Source: Podarcis bocagei (taxonomy: Eukaryota). Taken from it: a DNA stretch of 64,000 bases. The stretch lies in the NCBI GenBank assembly GCA_964188305.1, contig OZ076887.1; one strand, 5' to 3'. Below are positions 21,287 to 36,275 of the stretch, one piece after another. The translations under genes and the position numbers were made by a program. The notes beneath the pieces are model-generated. The model was not told the origin of the DNA and searched no databases. It worked only from the letters and a program-made list of their open reading frames with translations. Each line of letters begins with the position of its first letter. Within the stretch, counting starts at the first letter, position 1.

Positions 21287-23165
21287 GTAAGTGCTGCTAT
21301 CCTAACTCATATTGTTAATAGCTAATCAGAGTGGTCCAACCTTCAATGAATTACTACATACATACCCCCTCTCCAAGCATATAGAGCTACAGCCATACCT
21401 GGTTTGTGTAGGTGTGGACATCGTCCAGTATAGCTGCAGAGCTGTTGTGGCACACACTTTTTAATTAGCTGAGCTCTTCTGATTGCTGTCTTGTTACTTA
21501 AGTCATCAGGTTGAGTTTTTTCTCCAGCTGGTGATTTTGAAAGCAATTGCAGGTTTGTTTAAATGAAGAACTGATTTGACTTGACACACAGAAGGTATTT
21601 TAAAGGTAACTTCATGTGAATCTGTAAGATATCATTAGGCTTGAATTTCCTCCAGACGTTTATTGGCTGAAGGCCTGAGTCAGCATTACAAGTCAAGGCA
21701 TATTTAAAAGATATACCCAATTTTTAAAAGCTCACTCGTATACCTCCCCCATCCCTAGCCAAGAATGTCTGCCATCATGGTGTCCTGTACTTGGAATATA
21801 TCAAAAGGTACCTGGAATGTGAGACACTAGGTCCTGTGCTGCTAGATCACTTGCCTTCTACTGCTTCTTCCAATGGCATAGATGGTAATGATTCTATTTT
21901 ATTTTAATGCCATCGGAGGTACTGGACAGCAGCTGCTATCGTAGTCTCAGATGCTTTTCTATCTTGCATGCTTGTCATTTATGCCACTGTAAGTGCCAAA
22001 TGCATATAAAATGCTGCAGGTCTGATTTAAATGCAGACAGAGCCTTCCTAGTTCCACTTCTCTAAGGCCAAATAATCTTACGAGTCTATAACCGATAACA
22101 GATGATTACACAGGAAATCTTTGTGCACTGAGAAGCTTGCTTAAGAGAATACAGTAGCTGGAGCATCATGCCTGATTAATCTTATTTCACTGGTGTATTC
22201 TTGAGTTGTGTTTAGTGGCATATTCTTGAAGGATTCCTCTTCTTCAGAATGATGAGTTCACTGCTACAGCAATCAAATCCCCTTCGGGTGAAAGAAGCAC
22301 ATGAAATGGCAGAGCCTGAGGGAATGGAGGACAAAGGACTTCTGGCAAGTCAAATACATATAGGTTAGGTCTGTACACCAAAGAGCTCAAGGTTAATCAA
22401 GGAAACAGATAGGTATGGAGAAAGAATATATTTTTCAAAAGTGACTATTCCTACCCGTCCTCTCATAGCCTCTTCCTTTCCCCTCATCTGGGCATTTGAG
22501 TTCTGACAGTGATGTGATTCCAAGAAAAAAGTGGCCTTGTAAGGAATTATGGAATTGTGAATTTAGTTTCAAATACTATAGCAGGGCTGGGAAACCTGGG
22601 GCCTGGGGGCTGAACGTGACCATCCAGTTTTCTTTGTTTGGTCCTCAGAACTCTCCTGCAGGTCAAACCCCATCTCTGTAGGCCACATTCCTCACTGGCC
22701 TTGCTTCACATTTCAAGTGTTTTTGCCTGACTGGAATGTACCTTTGAAGTCTGACAGGTGGCCCTTGGAAGGTTGCCCAGGTGGGAATCTGGCCCGCTGG
22801 TAGCAAAAGTAACCTATTGATACAGCCTTCTCTTGCAGCTTTTCATCAAATGTTAAGGTTGTCCACAGGAAGAAGAGAGATAGTCTTGAGGAATATATTC
22901 AAAGGTGGTGGTAGAGGAAAAGTTAAACAAGCAAACATAAAATTTTAATGGATGGAGGGAACTATCCTAAATTATTTGGTGTAAGTGTGAGTCAACACAG
23001 TTCTGCATATGATACCTTCTGAATATGATGCTCTTTTTACTTGAGATTGTAGACCACAAGCCATTTTCTCCAGTGGGGATTCTGCCAAATACCAATTGAA
23101 GCCTTTGTACCAGGGTTTCCCCAAAGAAGGCATGCGACCTGACCCTTGGGGAGGGGATACTGACA

Positions 23166-23298
23166 TAAGGTTACCAGACGTCCCCGTTTCCCAGGGACAG
23201 TCCCCGGATTTACAAATCAGTCCCCATACAAAATCCATCGATTTAGTAGGAAGTTGAAAAGTGTCCCTGGATTCATTGGGAAAAAATCTGGAACCTTA
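23166..23298. mobile_element. hAT MITE
   Basis: TAAGGTTACCAGA ... TCTGGAACCTTA TIRs. Perfect 8-bp TSD TACTGACA (23158-23165, 23299-23306). Confidence 0.9.
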
Positions 23299-26200
23299 TA
23301 CTGACACCAGTAAGGTGTACAAGGGATGGAGGAAAACAGAGAGATAAACCTATTGGCATTGCTTTGCTTTTAGCAATGCAAATCTGTCCGTCGGTATTTG
23401 GTTGGAGAAAAAGAAAGCAGCAACAAATGACAGATGAGCAGATATAAATAGGCTCGCCGGGAGGCAAGAGAAGATGGAGTGGATCCCTACACGCCTTTTG
23501 TCAACTTGTAATGGCTTCTGTAGAGTTGTATACATTTTGTCCCTTCAGAGAAGATTTTACATTCTTGCAAATGTATACTGAAGGAGAACCAATATTTTAT
23601 CTAGCTCCGTTTGTGACTAATATATTTTCACAGGCAGAGGTCCTTTCCCATTCTGCTCTCTCTTTTTAATTGGAGATAGATTGAATCTGGGACATTCTGT
23701 ATGCCAAGGCGTGTTCTCTGTTTCCACGCTATTGGCCCTTCAAATATATACTAAAGAAAAAGTAATGGGCTGAAGAAGTACATCCAAGGCAGCTCTGATC
23801 TTGGGTGTCACAAGGCCTGTTTCTGCATAGATGACTTCTCACTATGTAAAAACCCCACACATGCCCTATGGATCTCAACCGAGAATGTTGGACATGACCT
23901 GGTCCTCTTGACAGCAGTGATCAAATAACCCCACCAGGGACGAGTTGGGGGTGGGTTAACATTGCCACACTGTTATCTAGTAAAATAAAGCCACTTTGCT
24001 GCTATTTATATAAGGACCATGCACTATTGTATCACTAAGCAAAGCCAGATGGTGTCCTCAAGGCTTGTTTTGGATAATTGGGTCATTTGTTTTCCCTCCA
24101 ACGTGATATTATTTCACCACTCTCTCCTAAAAGCTTTTCAGAAAATTGCCCTCCACCAGTACTGAAAACAGCTGGAATGGATTTGGGGATTCTAACTCAT
24201 ATTTTCCTAATTTGAATTTTTTGTTTAAAAATTCTCAGTCACGGGTACTGGTTTTTGATATGGGGTTTTATTTTTTTATTAAAAAATAATAATAACAAAG
24301 GTGTCAAAAGTGCTGAATTTGGTGGTCGGAGTTTTGACATTATTTCCTTAAAACATATCAATGCAATTTAAAACTTTTTTTTTTAATGTATGTCTCAGAC
24401 TCAAAATATTCAGATCCTGAAAAACTTACATTTTTCACACCAGGTTCCATTTCAGCTTCAGCATGTATCATCACCTCTCATTCTGACGTATTTTCAAGAT
24501 AGTGTGCTTTATTTGGCATACAGTCATGAATTATATCACAGTGGATTTTCAATTGGGCCCGATGTAAGTGACTAGGTTGCCCTGTCTTGAACAATCTTTG
24601 GAACAGCTATAAGTTAATCAAACTGAGCTGTGTGCGAATGGCCTCTCAAAATTCTCCACCTTATTTTCAGGAAGAGAAATTAGGGGGACCACTTCACCAT
24701 AATTCCCCAGAGGAGGAAAATCCTGCAACAGCTTGCACCCCTTGCAAAAGCACAGCTTCTTTCCTTTTCGCAAATGTCTTCTGAGAAAATTTTGGCTTGG
24801 TTCGGCAGCATATCTAATGGGAAATCAAATGCCGGAGGCAGTGCTCACTTTCTGGTTGCAAAGAAGCATCTGGAGCTATTGTGCAGTTTTAAGACAATAC
24901 GAAGAAATCCTCTTGTCCCCTGGGAGCCTCATTCTGGACACTGGGAGCAGCAAAAGGAGAGAAAGAAGGGAGCAAGTGGTGGCAGCAATGTTATGCACAG
25001 CCCTCTTTACGCAGGACAGATCTAGGAATTGTGGCCTGGGGTGAGGGGCAGAAGCAAAGTTCAATGGCAGTGAGGACTGGCAGAAGGGAAAAAGAGTGTG
25101 GCAATGGGTATGCCATTGCAAAGAGGACAGACAATGTTAAAGTGATGCATGTAATTTGCCAGTTGTTGATTCTGGTATGTGGGTTTTGAGTGTTGTCCTT
25201 ATTCCTTGGGCATTTCAATAAGAAGATGGATCACTCTCTGTTTGCCACTTTGGTTGGGGGCTACATTTCCACATAACTTTTGGCATAATTAACTCCTTTG
25301 TCCTCGTCATCAACGGGAATGAAGAATGTTGGTGTCTCTGTATTGTTTCACATCTGTCCTCCTTGCTCACTTTCTTTCTTAAGTATCATCCCATCTGTTA
25401 TTCTTTGTCCTTCTCTGCCCTCGCCACCCACCCAACATCAAAATATAGATTGTAAGCTCCTTGGGGGCAGAGTACTTTCTCCTGCCCCCCCACCAAGAAA
25501 TTCTGTAAAGCACCATGTACATCGATGTTGTTGTATAAATAGAGATATGTAACAATTTGCAGCTCTCTGGTGTATTATAATTTCTAACGTCTCCCTTTCT
25601 GGTTTTGTTTTTGTTACTCTGAATGATGATAACATTACTGCTATCCATACCCTATATCTTAATTAGACTAGTCTACTCCCCCCGAGTGCTGGTAGCTTCA
25701 CTCAGTTCTACATTTCACCTCTTGCGCTGATATTTTGCTTTACCTTGATCTACTAGCAGCATGGAAATAACTTACTGAAGATCTGACCTCGGTGTGTACC
25801 TTGATTATGGAACATGTACATACTTGGCCCTGGCAACATTGCTTTGCTTTGATTGACTTCTGGCTTCTAACCCTGTGCTCTTCTTGTCATGGCTGTAAGC
25901 TGCTCCCTCTCAGGAGCAAAGCTCAGTGGATCCTCTCTTCTGCTCTCTTGATATTTTCACTGAAAGCACACTGTGACCTTTCGTTGCAATGCCTTCATTT
26001 CACCTACTACATCATGCTCACAAACTGGAAAAAAACAAGAAAGATTTGATTATTTCAGCCTACAGATATTGCGACAGGGAGAAGTGAAAAAAAGAGAGAA
26101 GAGAACAGCGGTATGAAAAGCTTTGTAGAGAAATGCGAATAAGCGCCTTAATTTTGCCAGTTGGACTCTCTATTGAAAGAGGGCTTTGGCTGTTACAAAT

Positions 26201-29200
26201 GCAGAACCCCTAGGTGGCTTTGTCTTTTATCACATGGAGGCAAACGGCAGGGAATGGAGATATCTAAAGCAAAATAACATTATGGATATGCAGTGGGAAA
26301 GATCTGTATTCTCTTCCCTTTTGGCATGCCCTGCTGTGATCTCATTAAATTCTCATTTAACTTCTAGAGAGAAAGGCGATACAGACTTAGCCTCCAAGTC
26401 TGACAGTTGCAACCCCATTCCTGACTGAGGCCTGCTTGGTGGGGACAAGATCATAAAATCCTTGTGTGTGTCAGTGGAGCCCAAACATACACTGGTGTGG
26501 GCAGTCCAGGGCCATAAAGCACTGCCATTGCACCAGGGGAACTTAGGGCAGGCATGACACAACCAGTGCAAAGGTAGGAAAGTAGAGATGGAAAGTAGAG
26601 TCTTGGGTTTGAAAAGGTTGAAGAAGACTGGTGTAGAGTCTTGTGAGCAACACAGATAACCACAGCTTCCATGGTCATGTTCGCATTATTATTGGCTTAG
26701 AATACAGTGGAGATATTTCCCCCTGCTGGATTTCAAGTGACATTTGCATGGTGTCGCTTGCCTCTTGGATGTGGTGGGGATGTATTATTATTATTATTAT
26801 TATTAGTGCTCAGGAGAGTCCAAAGGCACCACAGACACATCCTCTCCACATTTCAGCTGGAACCTTGGCCCAAAAATTCCATAGATTCAGGCATTTGAAC
26901 ATAAAGGCCCTGGATCTGCATAATGGAATTTCTGATGTAATCACTGAAAAACATGCCGATGTCTGCTTGCATTGTACACAGCAGTGCAGATAACTGAAGC
27001 ATTTATGCCCCCAGTTCTAGTGTGGTACAGAGATCTCAGCAAACCGATTCCTTCCTTTTTATCTAGCCAAGCATGGATATCTGGAGATTTACAGTGAAGC
27101 ATTAAGCTGACAGAGGTCTATGTCTACGTTTCTACATTTATTCTAATGGCTTTCCAACCTACTGCATCTTTCTCCTATATATTCTCTCAAGCATATGATT
27201 CAAACTTCTGGCCAAGGTTGTGCGGTTGGCAAGAATGCTGAATAACCTAAGGGAGAATGAAGTGGGGGAGAAAACTGTTAAACTTTAATCGAGAAAATGG
27301 AATATAAATTCAGTCCTATAACAAAGGGAAAAAATGTATTTGAACTAGGTTTTGCCTGGATAATAAAAACCAGGGCAGAAGATTTAGAAAAACCACAATC
27401 TATTGATTTAACAATATTCTCTATAAGAAAGAGGAGTCCAGTCTGCTTTTCAGCTGACAAAGAATATAAGTAGTGTCTCTCTTTACGAAGCTTCTTTGGG
27501 AATAAGAGTCCACATTTTAGAAAACCCCATAGAGGTTAACTAGTTTTTCCAATATGTTAGTTTTAACATGTCAGTTAAAATAACAATAATGCAGCAGATG
27601 AACAAGTAACCTATTTACAGGTAACCCACTAGATTACCCCCCCTTTTCCCATAATAGCCAAACCCTGAGGGTCTGTGACCATATAATATTGATCCTGTGC
27701 CAGGCTCCCCCAAAGTCCCTCCCACCACCACAGCCAGGCTGGGCAATTGGGGCATGGGCTGCCCTTTACTCTGAAACTTGGACTGTGGAACATGTCAGTC
27801 TTGGAATAACTGATTTACCTATCTCTGTACAAGGGGAGAAGGGGAGACCTCCTTATCTAATTTCCTCATGGGAGGAAGCTGATTGCTAAACCAATGGCAG
27901 TTTCTTTCTTCTTAGGCAAAACTGCACTCCTTGCGGCTTTGGGTGACATCATTTTTCTTTTAAATAACTAAATGTTGATATTTGTATCTCAAAATAAAAA
28001 AGGGGGGCAGGATTTTAAAAAATCAAAGGAAGCAAAAGTAGAGGCTCAGCCTTTTGTTATTATTATTTGAATGAGTTTTTTAATTAGTTTTTATTAAGGA
28101 TTTTTTGTATTATAAAACAGATAGGGGAAAGTATCTATCATCTTCACTTTTAATTCATAGAGTATTTTTGAATGTTAGGAGATGATAGTTTTACGTATTT
28201 TGGTGAAACTTGAGCTGGCTGTCCCTGAATTTTATTTAAGTGTTGTGGTGGGGAAAATGCAGGTTTGCATTCATTTAGGCAACACAAAGTTTATAAATGG
28301 TATCGATATTCAGTATCGATTTTTTAAATAATAAAAAAATTATTGTCAAATAATACTAGTCCTAATAAAACCAATAAAATGTCCAAGGTTCTTTTGGGAC
28401 ACAACAGTAAGGTTCCCCTGCCAAGGCAACATGTTGCTTGACAGGTGAACCATAGTAATCAATTAAAACATATTGGACATTTTATTGGTTTTTAAAAGAA
28501 ATATTATTGTTTGGTAAGAAATATTATTCAGTTCCATTTGGAGGTTCTGCCTCTTCTTTGAATTCTTTGTTTCTTTTAACCTCACAAAAAGATTGCTTTC
28601 TGTCATAAACTGTGGGATGTTTTTCTCCTCTAAAAACTAGATGAGTTGTGCAACAAGAAATCTGTAAAATTCAGGATTTTTAAGGTGAGCCCTTTTGCCA
28701 CAATCTCCAGCTCTCTGGCCACAGAGACAATGGATAAAGAGCTACTCCCATGGGCCGCAGTGAACGAGAGTAAACGGGCACAACTGTTATCCATGCTGAA
28801 TTCATCCATCCAAGCTTCTCAATTTCTGAACCTGTCAGTCAAACTTCTTTCATCAGAATTAAATTGACTTAAACAAATAAACAGAAAGAAAAAAGGCCCA
28901 TAGCTTTCAAACGAGAATGCCTGCAGTGTGAAAATGAATTATTATGTAGTTCAGGCTCCATTTCAAGTTTGTGACCTATTTCTAACCATGTGTTTTGCTT
29001 GCTCCATATTGGCTAAATGAATGCACATCTGCATTGCGCCCCCCCATCACAAAGCTTAAATAAAGTTCAGATGTTTAGGGCCAACCAGCTCAAGTTTCAC
29101 CAATATAAACAGAAATATCATCTCCTGATTTTTTTTTTTTTAAATAAAGATTGGTGCTGTTTTCATTTCCTCCAATCTTTGTATGGATGCACGTGTTTTT

Positions 29201-29534
29201 AAAACCATTTGTAAAGACCTGACAATCCTTATTTCATTTTAGGCCAAATCAGACTAGGTTTGTGTCTAAAACTAAAACCAACCTCCTGAAAAATGAACTT
29301 TTAATTCAAGGAGTGTGTGGAAGAGGAGGTTGAAAGCAAGGAAGGCTTAGGTAAAGGCAGCCCGCCCCCCCAGTAAGTCTTCAAAGCCTCTCCACCATTC
29401 TCGTGGATTGTGGAAGCTGGGCAGAAGAAAAGCAGCTGAAGGGGAATAGGAAAGGAAGGAGCAAATTCCTTTTCATCCCGTGTCTTCCTGATCCTACTTT
29501 GCAAAGGAGAAGCTATGGATAAGCTTAAAGGTAG

Positions 29535-29940
29535 TGTGGGGAATGAGGAATAAATTTGATTTTGTTCACATTTAAAGCCAAACTGATCTAACTTGCACTT
29601 TTGAAACAATACCCAAACCAAAATGTAGCCCTCATTTGAAATCCACAATGCAGTTCGCCCGCCAATTAATGTGCCCCAAAATACACACACTATAGTAAAG
29701 TGTGCATTAAAATGAATATTAGTGAAAATAAATTAAACACATTAAATTAAACTTTGCTTTGGAAATGTGTATATTAGGCAAAATTGCATACAAACTTGTA
29801 CTCCAGGAGAAATTCACTGATGATTTCTTATGAGGAATTAAAAAAAGAAAAAGAAATATCAAGCTGATGTTGAAATGTGGAGAACAGAATTTAAAATTGG
29901 AAAAATGAGGAACTGAACCTGACAGATTCACCCATTCCTA
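29535..29940. mobile_element. Old MITE-like repeat; related copies at ~48270-48666 and ~52413-52769
   Basis: Three diverged copies share ttcagttcac...aaatgtggagaactgaatttaaa.ttggaaaaatgag...cccta. No clear TSD. Confidence 0.65.
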
Positions 29941-32900
29941 AAAAGCAGGCAGTGGAGGATAAACATAGAGGGGACAACTGGTATCCATGCAAATGCACTG
30001 CCCCCAATTCAGGGTTTTTAAGCTGTTCTCCCAGACCCTCTAAGACCAGAAAAAGCTGACTGGAGGACTGGGAGCAGCTTAACGGATTGTTTGCGCAGGG
30101 GAATCAATGGGTGGGGCAAGTTTCAGTGTTTCATTTCATTTGCTGATTTTCCTCCAGAAATATTCTGCGTTTGTATTACCTTAACCAACACTAGTTGGGG
30201 AACCTGCTTTTGCCAAAGATAATCTTTTAGTTCTCTCCTAAGAGCTAATGATTTGTAAAATGCATGCTTAGCTCATCAGAAACATGAAGCCAGGTTCCTT
30301 GGTTCCAATTTTCAGTTGACTTCCAGCTTTCTGACTCCCAGACAACTCTCCTACTTGTTTGACTTTGACATTTGAAATGCTGATGTACCCATCACTGGGA
30401 CAATCATTGGCATTTGGCACCAACGTAACCCACTAATGATATCACTTATACAATATGTCCCCCATTGTGTGTAGCAAACACATCAACATCTTCTGAAGCT
30501 CCTGCTAAGAGGCTGAGATATGAGGTAATCAGCACTCAGCTGTGTGAGCACAATTCCTCTAGGGTATGTTGCGAAATAGAAGAAGGGCACTCTTTGGCAA
30601 AAGCTAGCATCCCTGTTGGTCTCCTGAGTAGGTTCAAGAGAGCAGAGCCGTCCTTCCAGCCTTCGGTTGTCAGAAAATTGTAGCAGCTATTGGTTGCCAT
30701 GTTCAAGCCAAGGATTGTGACTGTAGGTGGTGATTCAATCACAGCCAACCTACTGAAAAAGCTACTTTGCGCAATGCTTTGTGTTTGTTAACAGTTTGTT
30801 TTGGCTATTGCTAAGACACCTGAACTGTTGGAAGCTTTATTTTAGTCCGTTTAGCAAAGCCCACAACAGAGGATGTCCCCGATCCTCGTCAGCACCCACA
30901 TTCCTCAGCTAAATGTTTCACAGCAAAATATTTTCTCAGCTGGATAGGAAAAGCAGTAAAACTGCAAACAACAGTGGTGGAAATGATCGGCACCCAGGAG
31001 ACACTTATTTTCTGCTTTCACATGGCAGAGCCTGAAATATGAATCCCTGTCTTGCTCCTAATTTACCTTGAAAAATTCCAGTTCTGGCATAGCAAATGTA
31101 AATTGTCAAACATGCACTCCACTGGAGTGTAGAAATGTGGAACACATTCAGAAATGATAGCAACTTATTCTGCTTTCAATCATACATTTGTTCTACCTCT
31201 GTATGATAAATGGGCACTGTGTCTGTTTTCTCTGACGTTAAGAAGTATCAAACAGAAATATTCTCTCTCAAGTTATTGCTAGCATTCTATAAACGCCTGT
31301 TGTAGCTCAAATCCCTAAACAAGACATTTTGTGCATGTGCAGCTTTAATGAATTAGGGATTTTTTTGGTAGGCTAAATACAATCTTTTTGTGAATTTTGT
31401 AAACCCACCAGCCTCAATCCAGGAATTTATAACAGGCAAGGGAGATTCGAAGTGCAAATGGAGGACCACTGCCCACCATTCATGCCCATGTTGGCTGCTG
31501 AAGACTTTTACTCTTATATTAAAACTCCTTCTCGGTTCTGTCCCTCATGGTTCAGAAACTTTGGGTACATGAATGACACATGTGCACATATGTTAAAGGG
31601 AAATTATATGGAAAGTAAAACATAAGACAAACAACACATAAAGCAGAAGAATAAAACAGCAGCATTTCACATATTTAAGCATAGGGGGCAAAATAGTTAC
31701 CCACCCCAGCACCACCTTCTGGAACTGACCTACCAGGTCGGACTGTAGCTCCCAGAGTGTGGTGCCTCCCATTACCATTCCAACCAGAAGGATGTTATTG
31801 TCAGTGGTATCAGTGCAGGCGAGAAGTCTAGGAGAGCTAGTAAGCTTGCATCCCCTTTACCTGTCCAAAGGGAAGAACTTCAGCACTTGACCAATCGTTA
31901 AAATTCTCTTCCACACCCAAGGGGGATTTCTCTAAGGGTGGCTGTTACAACCATTTGGTCTCCTTTATCACCACGTGTAGGAAATTAAAAAGTAGGCTTA
32001 TAAAGTTTTGTTTTTACTTTTTTACTCTTTGGTACCGAAAGGTTGCCATTGTTGGGGGTGCTTTTAACCTAGGGAGTTAGACTCCTCTAACCTCTGATAC
32101 CACCTGCTTTTCATTTTTCATTTGCATTTTACCATTTTTGTGTGTGGCTGAACACAGTGCAGCATGCAAAGCTGCATACTGTGTTTTCGAACAACAATTG
32201 TTAAAAAATAGCTGGATTAGACGAATTATAAGGGCAAGGAAGTATGCTCTAAAGAAGCGCTTCAGCCAGACATGAACTCTTGCCCTAATGCATTGCCTAT
32301 AAAAATTATAAAGAAGACAAGAATATATTTTGTTACATTTTTATCCATTTAGATATCCAGGCCTTTCTATCTAGTTAAAGCCAGACTGATCTTCCTTTGC
32401 TGGTGGGCTTGCTTGGATAGAAATTCTGCAGCCGACCAAGCAGCCCTTTTTCCTCTAGCGCTTCCCTTCTGCTCTCCAGTCTGAGGGCAACTTGCAACTG
32501 GAGACAAGTGCTGGCAGAGAAGCAGGAAGCAAGCTCGCTGCAGCTGCTTCAACTCTGGCTAATGGATAGGGCTCCATCAATCATTTATTATGGTCACTCA
32601 TCAAGAGAATCTCACTACGATGTTTTCTGTGGTAGACTGTAATATAGTCACACTGATCCCTTCCCTTCTCCTCTATATTCTTGCATTGTAGCTCACCACT
32701 AGGGGTGTTAGACCTTCAAGGGTTCGAGTCCCAGCTCGTCAAATCTGAAGCTCTTGATTTGTGTTTCCATTGCATATCCTCAAATTGATTGCTTTAATGA
32801 GCACAGCTAATTAGTGAAGTTCAGGATAGCACAATGAAGCTCAAGATAACTTTCCGTATGCTGTGATAGGCTTCATGCTGGTAGTCAACGGGCTTGATTG

Positions 32901-34821
32901 TAATGGGTGACACTATTGGATTGTGACAGCGGTCATGAGCCTAAGAGACTTTTGCCCTCCTTAATCTTATAAGCTTTGCACTGTGGAATGCTCCCATCAG
33001 TTTTTATTAGGCAAAAATCAACCCAAGCCTATCTCTTCTCATGATGATGTGCTGCAGGCTTTTCTGTCAGGTTGAATGTTGCCAATTTGCTAGAAAAAGA
33101 AGTCTGCTGGGGCCACTGAAAACACCATTAATTTGAATCCAGAAAACTGATTGTTAACAGATGAGTAAATACAGTATTAAGAAAGGTGTTGTTTCAGTTC
33201 AGGAGCTAAATGCAGAAAGCACCTTTGACATAATATATCCCATCACCATGGATATAGTATGCTCTTCTTGAGATTAAGGGTGTAATTATATACTGAAGAT
33301 CTGCTGGCTAAGGGGCTGTATGGGAGGTGCCATGATGCCTGCAGAATGCTAAATGTGCCACGATGTAAAATATGCTTCTCTTTACTAAGTCTTTGCTTGG
33401 TTTTGCATTTTAATTATATTCATACCATAAGATCAGAAGCATTTCCAGAAAAGCCATAAAACAAATAAGAAATAATGTCATCAAATTCTCTTTTTCCCCA
33501 GCCATCTATTTCCTCCCCTTTGCTTCTCAAGTGCAAACTGTACATAAGGCACATACACGCACAACCTGAAGTTATTAACAGCATCTCTCCGTTCTTTTTG
33601 CCAACCAGCAGAGAAACTGCTATTAATCTAGATAGGTTGCTTCTGAGGTCCTCAAGTATACTGGCAATGTGTTGAAATTTAAGTAGCCATGGTTTCTATT
33701 TTCTAATGCTTGCTGAACCACAAACAAATCCAGGGAAAAGGAGAAACATTTAGCTTTCTGTTGATTTCAACAACAACAAAAAATAAAATAATAAATCAGC
33801 TGTCTTAACCCTACTGTACAAATATACCTTCAGAATTCCATTTGCTGCCATGGAGCAGGGAGATATAGTTTACTTTCTGTAATATAGCTCTCTGTATGTT
33901 TCCCGATATCTGTGGCTGATTATTGAAAAATGCTTGGGAGGTTGAGAACGGTGGGCTGTAATGTACTGCTGCATCCCCTCAGGCTGTCATTTTGCAGTAG
34001 ACCTAATTATAGCATTCTCGGCAAGCCTCTTTGATTTCACATTTGTTTATTGGAAGAAATATAACTGCATTTTTTAGGGAAAAAAATCCACACGAATGTG
34101 GAAGGATATGAGTTTTTTCTCTTTGTCACAATGAATGCATGTTTATATACATATATGCACGCCAAATTTGTGCACTCTCAGATCCCTGTCCGCTTTGCCC
34201 AAGGCCCAGAGTGAGGCAGTTATTCAGCAAGTGTGAAATGCAAAAGGAAATCTAATGAGCGCTGTGGGATGGAGGAAGCCTCTAAAATCTCCCTTCATAG
34301 TCCCTTTTCCCTACAAAAACCAGAAAAGTTGTTGTGTGATCCTGTCCATATCAACCTGCTCTCTTGCCATGTGAAAACTCCCTGGGTTTTGTTGAGGCAT
34401 ATATAAAACATTCATGCTTACACATTTCCTGGCATCTGGAAGGCTATACTTAACGTTCTCATCTTTTATTTGTTTGATTTAGATTCATGGAGAGATGTGA
34501 TCAAGACAGATTTGAAGTTTGGGCCTTTCCACTGATGTATTGCTGAGCAGCCGAAGAATATCAAGCACAGCTGAAATTCCCAATGGCATTTCAGCCACTT
34601 GTATAAAATAAAGGCCCAGTCTCATTAGGAGTCAAACACAAACATGCCTTTCTCTATGAGATAAGAACTGTCACTGAGATCTAGCATGCTAAGGTGTTGC
34701 TATATCTCTCTATGAAACCTAGTTCCTGGCATTTCATTGTGTTCTCTTCGAGGGACTCAACCCAGAATCCAAAGTAAGAACATGTGGGACCTTTAAGAAC
34801 AGTTGTTGAGAACCACAAAGG

Positions 34822-35203
34822 AGGTAAGCTAAAGCTAAAGGACCCTTGGATAGTTAAGTCCAGTCAAAGGCGACTATGGGGTTGCGGCGCTCATCTTGCT
34901 TTCAGGCTGAAGGAGCTGGCGTTTGTCCACAGACAGCTTTCCAGGTCATGTGGTCAGCATGACTAAACCGCTTCTGGTGCAACAGAATGCCGTGAAAGAA
35001 ACCAGAGCGCATGAAAATGTTGTTTACCTTCCCATGGCAGCGGTGCCTATTTATCTACTTGCACTGGCTTGCTTTTCAGCTGCTAGGTTGGCAGGAGCTA
35101 GGACAGAGCAATGGGGGCTCACCCTGTCATGGGAATTTGAACCGCCAACCTTCCAATTGGCAAGCCCAAGAAGCTCAGTGGTTTAGACCACCGTGCCACC
35201 CAG
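34822..35203 (-). mobile_element. Sauria SINE
   Basis: Reverse complement of the Sauria core (cctatttatctacttgcac) and head (tggtttagaccac). Confidence 0.9.
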
Positions 35204-35580
35204 AGTTGTGAACAGGTCCTTTTCTTTGGCTTCCCATAGGCATCAGGCTGGCCACTAGATGGGCCACTGACCTGATCGAGCAGGATCTTATGTTGTGGAC
35301 AGACACAGATCCCTGAGCAAAACCTTCATCAGAGATCCTAATGATCCAAGCTCTTGCCGCCAACTTGTGCTCACTACTCCACAAATGGCTTCCCATGGCC
35401 TTGCTTTGCTGGATCCCCTACAGGCCCACAATTCCACCTTCTAGATATCTTTTATCTCTTATGTCACCCACTGCAAGAGATTATTAAGTGATCCTCAGCT
35501 TTACATAGCTGCATGGTGATATTTGGGAAAGGAAACTATTATGCTATTATTTCTCATCCAAATGTGTTTATTTCAAAGTA

Positions 35581-35706
35581 CAGTCATACCTCGAGATAAA
35601 TACGCATCAGGTTGAGCGCTTTCGGGTTGCTGTCGCGTCTTGCGTTCCGTTCGGGATGCGAACGGGGCTCCGGAATGGATCCTGTTCACATCCCGAGGTA
35701 CCACTG
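35581..35706. mobile_element. Tc1/mariner MITE
   Basis: TA|CAGTCATACCTCG ... CGAGGTACCACTG|TA. Confidence 0.8.
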
Positions 35707-36257
35707 TAAACATCTGCTGGAACGGAAATATTCCTTAGGTCTATCTGTGAATGCCACCCCACCCCCCACCCCCATACCACACTGCCACAATTTTAGCTGC
35801 TAATCATAACACTTCTGGAAAAGGGATCTATGACAAAGAAAAGCCGTATGGGAATGAGATGGAGTATAGCAAGGAACTATTGAGGGAGCTATGGGGTGCG
35901 AAGCGTTCTACAGGAGGAAAATGAACCCATAAGTCACTAGGATCTAGGAAGGAAACATGGGAGACCAATAGGCAGATGGTTGAAAATAATTCAGTGCACA
36001 TTGTTTCTCCTTTAGACACATCTGCAGGACAGCTTTGAAGTTAGATGTGCATGTTCAGCTCCTGTAGTCCATATGCACTACTGATTTTCAGGGAACCCCT
36101 GGAGCCGTACTTCTGTAAAGGGGGTCTTGGGAATCCTTAACAGAGAATTCTTACAACCACACCAAGGCTAGATCTAGACACATCAAAGAAGCAATTCAGT
36201 TAAACGCGTTGTAAACTTCTTACAGGGAAATCCCGTTGGCCGAAAAACGGGACTCCA

Positions 36258-36275
36258 CAGCGCCATCTGGTGCCA
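36258..36275 (-). promoter_or_regulatory. CTCF-binding motif
   Basis: Minus strand TGGCACCAGATGGCGCTG closely matches the CTCF core, in unique sequence with locally retained CpGs. Confidence 0.6.

Noticed and set aside
24499-24563. Additional host exon (ttttcaag| ... GAT|GTAAGT)
   Set aside because: Splice-like signals alone are common in 60 kb of intron; weak pyrimidine tract and no recognisable peptide.
35248-35266. Second CTCF site (ggccactagatgggcc)
   Set aside because: It lies in a CR1-type SINE tail and the 3' part departs from the core.
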